The position numbers and the translations under genes are program-made. From an uncultured Bacteroidia bacterium (GTDB lineage: Bacteria; Bacteroidota; Bacteroidia; Bacteroidales; UBA932), in assembly GCA_902785785.1 (NCBI GenBank), contig CADAAA010000006.1, forward strand, positions 38,867-102,866: 64,000 nucleotides of DNA. The letters are read 5' to 3'. Below the pieces are notes generated by a model. That model was not told the origin of the DNA and made no database searches. It worked only from the letters and a program-made list of their open reading frames with translations. Below, piece after piece: positions 50,389 to 57,750 of this stretch. Position 1 is the stretch's first letter. Each line of letters starts with the position of its first letter.

Positions 50389-52431
50389 CTATTTAAGGCA
50401 GACGAAGGCGAAGAATTCGTCAATCCGGCGCTTCTCCTTGAAGCGTGCGATGTATGCCATGTCGCACAGGTCGTCCGCGAGGGCGGCCGGAACACGCTCC
50501 GCCATGCAGATATCAGCTCCATAGCGGGACATTATCTCCTCGTGGCTGTGCTTGTAGCGATAGCAGTCGCGGCGCCCGGCATAGGCGCAGAAATACTGCT
50601 CGCCCTGCTGCTTGCGGGCCTCGTCGAAGACCACCATGTCCGCCCAGATCTTGAACACGTCCGTGGAATGGGCGAAGTTCATCATGTCCGGAGTATAGCC
50701 TCCCGGCGGGCGCATGTTGACCTCCAGGCCGACATAGTCGCCCTTCTTTCCGAGGCCTTCGCGGTCGCGGTCCAGCTGGAAGTATTCCAGGTGGACAAAG
50801 CGGCTCTTGATGCCGAAGGCTTTCACCGTGCGGCGGCCGATGGCGGCAAGCTTGGCCGGGACGGTCTTGTTGGTCCAGTAGCAGGTCTCGCTGTTGTCGT
50901 GGACGATCTCCATGATGGGGGTCGGGAAAACGGAGTTATTCTCGAATATGGGCTCACCTTCCGCGTTGTAAATGGCGTCATAGCTTACAAGCAGGCCGGT
51001 GATGAACTCCTCGATGACGTATGCTCCGTAGTTGTCCTTATGGGCCAGGAACCAGTCGGCGAGCTCGGCGCCGTCATGGATCTTGAAGGTACCGGAAGCG
51101 CCCATGCCGCTGTCCGGCTTGGCGATGACCGGATAGCCGGTCTGCTTGACGAAAGCCTTGACTTTAGCCTCACCTTCCGAGCCCTTGATCTGGCGCGCCG
51201 TCGGGATGCCGCCCTGGGCGTAGTATTTCTTCATCTCGGACTTGTTGCGGATGGAGGCTACACGGTCGCTCTTGATGCCTGTCGTGACATTGAAGTCGGT
51301 GCGCAGGCGGGCGTCCTGCTCGAGCCAGTATTCGTTGTTGGATTCGATCCAGTCGATCTTGCCGTATTTGTGTGCGAACCAGGCCACGGCCCGGTAGACC
51401 TCGCCGTAATCCTCGAGGTTGTCGACCTTGTAATAGTCGTTCAGTGCGCCGCGGAGTTCATCGTTGAGCTCGTGCCAAGGCGCATCCGCGATGCCCAGCA
51501 CATTGGCTCCGTTCGCCCTCAAGCCGGAGCAAAAGTGACTGTATGTCTGTGGGAAATGCGGGGAAATAAAAATGACGTTCATGAAAGCGTATGTTTGGTT
51601 TTCGGCAGAAACCTGCCGCATCTGTCCGTTGGAAATTTCCCAGGCGAGGCCGCGGAGTTCCTCCCGGCCGTCCTTGGAGATGATATATCCCCCGTCGGGG
51701 AAAGTGTAGAATGCCTGGCGCCAGCTTTCAGGGAAGATGATGTCCTCGAAGAGCCTTTTGCCATCGACCTCCGCATAGCGGACCTGGTCATAGTGAGGTA
51801 CTATCTGGCGGGTGGTCAGCCCCAGGCCTTCCAGCCAGCGCGGAGCGGTACTCTCGCCCGGAAGTTCCGGGTGCGAGTACACGCGCTCCGCGCAGTTCAT
51901 CGACCCGGCGCTGCAGCCCATGACAAGCCCGTCGAAACCCTTCAGGAGCTCTTTGAGGCGTATCTCATGCAGGAAACGGTTCTGGGTCGGGACGTGGCCA
52001 CCGCAGAGGACTATCCAGTCCGCGGAGCGGACGAGGCCGGCGGCACGCTCCGCGTTGCGCCGGTCCAGCATCGTCACCGCGGCGGGCTCTATCCCGGACT
52101 TCCGGATGCATTCCGTCATAGACTCCAGGACGTAGTCCGTGAAGCCCCTGTCGTCCGGCGCCGCGCTGACCAGCAGCACCCGCGGCCCTGCGGGCACGCC
52201 GCACTCAGCGCGCGGCCCGGCCTCGAGCCAGTCTGCATCAACAGCCGCCGGATTCGTAGCCTGCTTTTCAGCGTGCCGCCCCACCGGCAGAGTATTCTGC
52301 GTCTCCGTCAGCCTGGTCGCCAGCTTCGCCGCCAGCGCCGCCTTCACCTCAGCCAGCAGGCCGTTGTCTTCTGTAAAATGGTCCTCTCCGAAGCGTGTAG
52401 GACTCCCTGTCAGTATTACCGTCTTACCCAT
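50389..52431 (-). CDS. Fusion: peptidase S51/type-1 GATase-like domain + ATP-grasp domain
   Basis: N-domain [26 protein letters not shown]-domain begins [11 protein letters not shown] (51582) with [25 protein letters not shown]. Continuous reading frame. Confidence 0.8.
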   Translation of the reverse strand: MGKTVILTGSPTRFGEDHFTEDNGLLAEVKAALAAKLATRLTETQNTLPVGRHAEKQATNPAAVDADWLEAGPRAECGVPAGPRVLLVSAAPDDRGFTDYVLESMTECIRKSGIEPAAVTMLDRRNAERAAGLVRSADWIVLCGGHVPTQNRFLHEIRLKELLKGFDGLVMGCSAGSMNCAERVYSHPELPGESTAPRWLEGLGLTTRQIVPHYDQVRYAEVDGKRLFEDIIFPESWRQAFYTFPDGGYIISKDGREELRGLAWEISNGQMRQVSAENQTYAFMNVIFISPHFPQTYSHFCSGLRANGANVLGIADAPWHELNDELRGALNDYYKVDNLEDYGEVYRAVAWFAHKYGKIDWIESNNEYWLEQDARLRTDFNVTTGIKSDRVASIRNKSEMKKYYAQGGIPTARQIKGSEGEAKVKAFVKQTGYPVIAKPDSGMGASGTFKIHDGAELADWFLAHKDNYGAYVIEEFITGLLVSYDAIYNAEGEPIFENNSVFPTPIMEIVHDNSETCYWTNKTVPAKLAAIGRRTVKAFGIKSRFVHLEYFQLDRDREGLGKKGDYVGLEVNMRPPGGYTPDMMNFAHSTDVFKIWADMVVFDEARKQQGEQYFCAYAGRRDCYRYKHSHEEIMSRYGADICMAERVPAALADDLCDMAYIARFKEKRRIDEFFAFVCLK

Positions 52432-52516
52432 CTGTCTGCGCAACTCCTAATGACATCTCTGTCATAGCGCCTGCAAAGATAATAGAAATGCTTCAAATGC
52501 CGTATATCCCCTGTCG

Positions 52517-52585
52517 TCTCCCTCCCCCTTCTTCTCCCCCTTCCTCTCCTCATCTCGCCTTCTCATTTCGCCCTCCTTTCCTCTC
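52517..52585. other. Polypyrimidine tract (plus strand)
   Basis: About 69 nt of almost only C/T, immediately left of the family A doublet. Confidence 0.8.
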
Positions 52586-52589
52586 AAAG

Positions 52590-52677
52590 TGCTGTAGACG
52601 GTCCAAAGATTGGACCGTCTACAGCAAAAACGCCCCAGAATGACGTAGACGGTCCAGCCCTTGGACCGTCTACGTCA
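52590..52677 (+). repeat. REP-like doublet family A, copy 3 (3-prime flank of the HUH gene)
   Basis: TGCTGTAGACGGTCCA-aagat-TGGACCGTCTACAGCA and TGACGTAGACGGTCCA-gccct-TGGACCGTCTACGTCA; two perfect 16 bp stems with centres 51 bp apart. Confidence 0.95.
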
Positions 52678-52729
52678 CTTCAGCGGCATCGACGGCATCC
52701 ATGTCAGATGGCGCAGTTACCGAAACTCC

Positions 52730-53590
52730 TTACCAACCGTCAAGCATCCGGGCGGCCTCTTCATAAGGGATACCGGTCACACGGCAGATTTGGTTGAGGT
52801 CCGCACTGAAACGGCGTCCGAGCTGCCGAAGCAACTCTGTTTTCTGCTCCACGCCCAAGTCTGAGATCCTGTTCGACCTAAATAAAGAGTGACACAGATC
52901 CTCGCTTGCCGAAAGGATATTCTGATCCCTGAAAGACGGAGCCGCTCCTCCTTCAAGCCTTTGACGGGCTTTGGAAGATGTCCTGAGGAAGTATCCCAAC
53001 CGCTTCGGGGTCCGGAACAGGGCTTCTACGCCCTTCACCTGTACGTAGGATTCCGGCAGGATATACCCTCCCGATCCTATCTTATAGTCTCCAGGAAGCA
53101 TGACATTGCTTTTCAGCATCCGCATCTGAGCCCTTCCAGAAAACTCCCCCAAACACCTCCCCGGGAAAGGGTTGTCATTAAAAAACACGTTCCCTGTCCC
53201 CCAAGGATAGCCGGAAGGCTCGAAACAGATGTTCGCTGCCACGCTGTTCATCAATACGTAGGCAATGGCCCTCTCAAGGGACTCGTCGCTGTCATTTACC
53301 TCCCTGATATCCACTCCGTTACGGCGCAGGAGCTCGTTTACTCCATATTTCCTGTAGAAATAAGAGGCATACAGGCGCTTGAACGTGTTAATGAACAGTT
53401 CCGCATCCTCACGGCTGCATGCAAGCACGAAATGGACATGGTTGGACATAAGGATGAATGCCAGAACCATTACTCCGGACAAAAAGGCTGCGACAGCCAC
53501 ATAGTTCATCGCCACGCGGAAGTCTTCCCCGTCCCGGAACCACAGGCGGTCTTCCAGATGCTCCGTCGTAATCAAGTAATAGTGTTTCAT
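52730..53590 (-). mobile_element. HUH/Y1 tyrosine transposase-like gene (RAYT/TnpA-REP-like) with C-terminal HTH-like extension; cognate of family A doublets
   Basis: WFRDGEDF, MSNHVH (HUH), AYVLMN (catalytic Tyr), GYPWG; no TnpB partner; no terminal IRs/TSD recognised. Confidence 0.88.
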
Positions 53591-53700
53591 AGTCAAGTCT
53601 GTTTAACGCCTGCAAGATAGATTTTGTGTCGGATACTCCAAGGAACCATAAAGATTCATATCGGGGTATTTCCACGTTTTTTATCTTTTTGTATTCTCGA

Positions 53701-53793
53701 AATGACATAGACGGTCCAGCAATTGGACCGTCTACAGCAAAAACGCCCCGAAATGACGTAGACGGTCCAGTCTGTGGACCGTCTACGTCATTT
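53701..53793 (+). repeat. REP-like doublet family A, copy 4 (5-prime flank of the HUH gene)
   Basis: TAGACGGTCCA-gcaat-TGGACCGTCTA and AAATGACGTAGACGGTCCA-gtctg-TGGACCGTCTACGTCATTT; 51 bp spacing. Confidence 0.95.
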
Positions 53794-53811
53794 GCCGACG
53801 GGGAAACAGCC

Positions 53812-53926
53812 GAGAGAGGGAGCGCGGGGAGAAGGATGGAGGAAAAGAGGACGGAGAGAGGGCAGAGAGAGAGGGCAGAGAGAGAATGGAAAAAGGGTGG
53901 AGAGAGGGACAGAAGGAAAAGAAAAA
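53812..53926. other. Polypurine (GA) tract (plus strand)
   Basis: About 115 nt of mostly G/A, including a tandem GAGAGAGGGCA repeat, immediately right of the family A doublet. Confidence 0.8.
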
Positions 53927-53956
53927 GTGCCGGGGGATGAACCCGCGGCACTTTTT
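53922..53956. terminator. Intrinsic terminator downstream of fusA2
   Basis: AAAAAGTGCCG/CGGCACTTTTT. Confidence 0.8.
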
Positions 53957-54009
53957 GAAATCTGATGACAGAACCTCCTCCTATCGGATAACGGAGGTGC
54001 AGAAAAGGA

Positions 54010-56118
54010 CTAGTCCTCTTCCTCCTGGGCGGCGTAGTCGGCCAGAAGCTTGGTCTGGACGTCTCCCGGAACGGGCTGGTAGTCGGCGAACTCCATCGTG
54101 AAGGTGGCGGAACCGGAGGTGATGGAGCTCAGGGTAGTCGAATAACGATAGAGCTCTGCGAGCGGAACGCGGGCCTTGAGGATGGCGAAGCCCTTGTCGG
54201 AACCCATGTCGCCGAGGATACCGCGGCGGTTCTGGAGATCGGACATACAGGCGCCCTGGTACTCGGCGGGGGTCATGACCTCGACGTTGTAGATAGGCTC
54301 GAGGATCTTGGGACCGGCGTTGCGGAAAGCCTCACGGAAGGCGTTGCGGCCAGCGATGATGAAGGCGATTTCCTTGGAGTCAACCGGGTGCATCTTACCG
54401 TCGTAGACGAAGACGCGGATGTCGCGGGCGTAGGAACCGGTGAGAGGTCCCTCGACCATACGCTCCTTGATACCCTTGAGGATAGCGGGCATGAAGCTGA
54501 GGTCGATGGCACCACCGACGACGCAGTTGTAGAATTCGAGCTTGCCGCCCCACTCCAGGTCGGTGATATCCTGGGACTTGATGTTCAGCATGGTCTCCTT
54601 GCCGTTGATCATGAACTTGGTGTTCAACTCACCCTCTGCAGGGCAGACGAGGAGGTGGACCTCACCGAACTGACCGGCACCGCCGGACTGCTTCTTGTGA
54701 CGGTACTGGGCGCATGCGACCTTGGTAATGGTCTCACGGTAAGGGACCTTCGGGGCGAAGAGCTCGACGTCGAGGCCGAACTCGTTGTTGAGTCTCCACT
54801 TGACGACGTTGATATGCTGCTCGCCGTTGCCGCTGAGGATGGTCTGGCGGAGCTCCTTGGAGTACTCCACGATGACGGTAGGATCCTGCGAAGCGATCTT
54901 CTTGAGGGCGTCGCCGAGCTTCTGCTCGTCCTGCTGGACCTTGGCCTTGATGGCGCAGCGGTACTTCGGAGCGGGATATGCGATCTTGCCGTAGTCGAGG
55001 CCGGCGCCGATGGCGCACAGCGTAGTGCCGGCCTTGCCGTTCTTGAGCTTCACGACGCAGCCGAAGTCACCGGCGTGCAGGCTGGTGACGGACTCCTTCT
55101 TGAGACCGGCAACGGCGTAAAGGGCGGAGAAACGCTCCTTGGAACCGGAATTGGGCTCCTCGAAGTCGACACCGGTGGTGACGATACCGCTCATGACCTT
55201 GAAGAAGGAAACCTCTCCGAGGTGCTGCTCGACATCGGTCTTGTAGATATAGAGGGATGCGGGAGCGCTCTCATCGCCTGCGGGCACGATGCCGAGGTGG
55301 GTGATGAACTCGAGAAGGCGGCGGACACCGACGTCCTTCTTGGCGGAAAGGCAGAACACGGGATAAGCGTCGCCGTTGGCATAACCGGTGGAGAGACCCT
55401 TGATGATCTCCTCCTCGGAGAGGTCACCCTCGTCGAAGAACTTCATCATGAGCTCCTCGTCGTACTCGGCGGCCTTCTCGACGAGCTCGGCGTGCATGGT
55501 CTCGGCCTGATCGGCGAACTCTGCCGGGATGTCGGAGACGGTGCACTTGCCGTTCTGGTCCGTGAACTTGTAGTATTTCATCGTGAGGACATCCACGAAG
55601 GCGTCGAAAGCAGTGCCGGGGTTGACCGGGAACTGGACGTAGACGGGCTTGCCGCCGAACGCCTCCTTGAGGGAGTTCTGAAGGTTGTCCCAGTCGGCCT
55701 TCTCGCTGTCAAGCTGGTTGATGGCGAGGACGAGGGGAAGCTTGGCGTTGCCGGCGTGGCGGGCGAAAATCTCGGTGCCGACCTCGACGCCCTGCTGGGC
55801 GTTGACGAGGAGGATGCCGTTCTCGCAGACCTTGAAGGCAGCGAAAGCGCCGCCGCAGAAATCGTCGGCGCCGGGAGCGTCGATGACGTTGATCTTCTTG
55901 CCTTCGAACTCGGCATAGAGCGGAGCGCCGTAAATGGAACGCTGGTTCAGCTTCTCGATCTCGGTGTAGTCGGAGACGGTGTTCTTGTCCTCAACGGTGC
56001 CCCTCCTGTCGATGACCTTGCCTTCGAAAAGGATGGCCTCGGACAAAGAGGTCTTGCCGGACTTGGTGGCGCCCAGAAGGACAACGTTGCGGATGTCTTT
56101 GGTGGAATACTCTTTCAT
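54010..56118 (-). CDS. fusA2: Elongation factor G paralog (EF-G2 type)
   Basis: EF-G architecture (KKQSGGAGQFGEV, DGKMHPVDS, LEPIY) with divergent G motifs (GATKSGKT, DAPGADDF, NQLD) and a domain IV insertion. Confidence 0.9.
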   Translation of the reverse strand: MKEYSTKDIRNVVLLGATKSGKTSLSEAILFEGKVIDRRGTVEDKNTVSDYTEIEKLNQRSIYGAPLYAEFEGKKINVIDAPGADDFCGGAFAAFKVCENGILLVNAQQGVEVGTEIFARHAGNAKLPLVLAINQLDSEKADWDNLQNSLKEAFGGKPVYVQFPVNPGTAFDAFVDVLTMKYYKFTDQNGKCTVSDIPAEFADQAETMHAELVEKAAEYDEELMMKFFDEGDLSEEEIIKGLSTGYANGDAYPVFCLSAKKDVGVRRLLEFITHLGIVPAGDESAPASLYIYKTDVEQHLGEVSFFKVMSGIVTTGVDFEEPNSGSKERFSALYAVAGLKKESVTSLHAGDFGCVVKLKNGKAGTTLCAIGAGLDYGKIAYPAPKYRCAIKAKVQQDEQKLGDALKKIASQDPTVIVEYSKELRQTILSGNGEQHINVVKWRLNNEFGLDVELFAPKVPYRETITKVACAQYRHKKQSGGAGQFGEVHLLVCPAEGELNTKFMINGKETMLNIKSQDITDLEWGGKLEFYNCVVGGAIDLSFMPAILKGIKERMVEGPLTGSYARDIRVFVYDGKMHPVDSKEIAFIIAGRNAFREAFRNAGPKILEPIYNVEVMTPAEYQGACMSDLQNRRGILGDMGSDKGFAILKARVPLAELYRYSTTLSSITSGSATFTMEFADYQPVPGDVQTKLLADYAAQEEED

Positions 56119-56215
56119 TTTTCTGTTGTTATATTGTTATTTCTTCAAAATTGCGGATTATCGGCGCAGTCCGCAAAGATAATCAATTTAAAAAGCATAA
56201 CCAACAAGAAAAACG

Positions 56216-56464
56216 TCAAAGCTCTTGAAAAAAGCATTTTAGGCCGTATTTCCTCTCCAGCCGCTCCGGAAGGGCGGCGCGCAGGCTTTTGAAAAGCGCG
56301 TCGCCGTCAACCCCGAGCTCGCGCCTCAGGAGAGCGTCCATGTCACGGCGCTTCACGCCGAGAAGGCGGCACACCCGGTCGAAGGGGAAGGAGGGATCGA
56401 GATAGATGTTTTCGTCATTGACGAGCCGTTCCAGCAAAGCGTAGTGTTCTTCAAGCGTTCTCAT
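56216..56464 (-). CDS. Small protein resembling the first half of an AraC-type HTH domain
   Basis: L.RLV.DE.IYLDP...F..VCR.LG..R..M..LL..ELG pattern; start uncertain (56464, 56497 or 56518). Confidence 0.5.
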   Translation of the reverse strand: MRTLEEHYALLERLVNDENIYLDPSFPFDRVCRLLGVKRRDMDALLRRELGVDGDALFKSLRAALPERLERKYGLKCFFQEL

Positions 56465-56590
56465 ATACGTAGGGTTTCGCAGTGCAATATGAAACATTTC
56501 TCCGATATCGGCAATCATTGGACGGCTTCCGGCGGGGGGTAAAAGGAAAATAAATATGTTTTTATCAAAAATAGCCTCTTTTTTGATGCA

Positions 56591-56668
56591 ATTGACACCC
56601 TTTTAGTGTCAATGACCACAGAACAGTGTCAGCTTTCTGTCGCACAACCTGATAACTTTGTCTTGTAA
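56591..56668. promoter_or_regulatory. Tandem TGAC-N11-GTCA operator-like dyads and -7 element upstream of the XRE gene
   Basis: ATTGACAC-N7-GTGTCAAT (56591-56613); second dyad 56613-56631; degenerate third 56650-56668 overlapping TAACTTTG (56653-56660). Confidence 0.55.
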
Positions 56669-56683
56669 ACGCCAGCCAGAGTA

Positions 56684-57106
56684 ATGGACAACAACTCGAT
56701 CAAGCAGAATATCCTGAAGATCCGTCTGGAACACAACATGTCCCAGACGAAAATGGCGGATGCCCTCGGAATCGCGAGGAACACTTATAGGAAACTTGAA
56801 AAGGGCAAGACCAGGGTAATCAGTGACTACATCCAGGTCATTGCCGACTGGGCGGGTATAACGCCCGAGGAGGTCGTCCTCGGCGACCCTTCCGCCAGCG
56901 GCGTCGCGATGCTCAGGGAAGAGCGTGAAAGATTCAACGACAGGATACGTGAGCTGACCGAGAGCTACGAATCGCAGAAGGCAAGCCTGCGGGCGGAAAT
57001 CGACAATCTCAACAGGCTTGTCAGCGAAAAGGAAGACAACAACCGCAATCTCAAGTCGATCATCGCTTTGCTTGAAAAAAGGAAGGAAGACGATAAAAAT
57101 GATTAA
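56684..57106 (+). CDS. XRE family HTH transcriptional regulator with C-terminal coiled coil
   Basis: IRLEHNMSQTKMADALGIARNTYRKLEKG; heptad-rich C-terminus. Confidence 0.88.
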   Translation: MDNNSIKQNILKIRLEHNMSQTKMADALGIARNTYRKLEKGKTRVISDYIQVIADWAGITPEEVVLGDPSASGVAMLREERERFNDRIRELTESYESQKASLRAEIDNLNRLVSEKEDNNRNLKSIIALLEKRKEDDKND

Positions 57107-57129
57107 ATTTGCGGTATGATGCTTCTGAC

Positions 57130-57750
57130 ATGCCGCGTAGTTTTCAACTGAAAGCATACATGCACGAGGGCCTCGTGGAGGCCGGGTGCGACGAGGCGGG
57201 CAGGGGCCCGCTCGCCGGTCCCGTGTTCGCCGCGGCCGTCATCCTGCCCGAGGGTTTCTTCCATCCGCTCCTGGACGACTCCAAGCGCATGACGGAACGC
57301 TCCCGCGACATCCTGCGCCCCATCATCGAGCAGAACGCCGTGGCATGGGCAGTCGAGTCTGTCCAACCTGGGGAGATCGACCGGATCAATATCCTCAACG
57401 CCTCCATCACCGGCATGCAGAGGGCTGTCCTGCGCCTTGCCGTCAAGCCGGACCTCCTGCTGGTCGACGGCAACCGCTTCAAGCCTCTCGACGGCTACGC
57501 CCACGTAACCGTGGTGCACGGCGATGCGACTTACGCCAGCATCGCCGCCGCTTCCGTCCTGGCCAAGACATGGCGGGACGAGTACATGAGGAAGATCGCG
57601 CAGGAGTATCCGCAGTACGGATGGGACCGCAACATGGGCTACCCGACCAAGGAGCACATCGAAGCCATACGCGAGTATGGGTACACGCCGTATCACCGGA
57701 AAAGCTTCCACCCCAAAGAATTGGAACCAACACTATTCGACAATATATGA
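57130..57750 (+). CDS. rnhB: Ribonuclease HII
   Basis: GCDEAGRGPLAGPV, DDSK, VDGN, GDA.Y.SIAAASVLAK. Confidence 0.96.
   Translation: MPRSFQLKAYMHEGLVEAGCDEAGRGPLAGPVFAAAVILPEGFFHPLLDDSKRMTERSRDILRPIIEQNAVAWAVESVQPGEIDRINILNASITGMQRAVLRLAVKPDLLLVDGNRFKPLDGYAHVTVVHGDATYASIAAASVLAKTWRDEYMRKIAQEYPQYGWDRNMGYPTKEHIEAIREYGYTPYHRKSFHPKELEPTLFDNI

Noticed and set aside
52730-53590. Ordinary IS200/IS605 insertion sequence
   Set aside because: No tnpB, the protein has a long C-terminal extension and a YPW motif, and the flanking hairpins recur elsewhere without the gene. It cannot be fully excluded without phylogeny.
54388-56292. 634 aa antisense ORF opposite fusA2
   Set aside because: Shadow of a highly biased gene. 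The same applies to 19410-21122, 46128-47450, 50356-52467 and 57693-59150.
56216-57106. Prophage immunity region
   Set aside because: No integrase, replication or structural phage genes; the flanks are housekeeping genes.
57186-57746. N-terminal extension of the S46 ORF overlapping rnhB
   Set aside because: The signal peptide and DEGMW motif place the start at 57747 or 57759; the upstream frame is an rnhB shadow.
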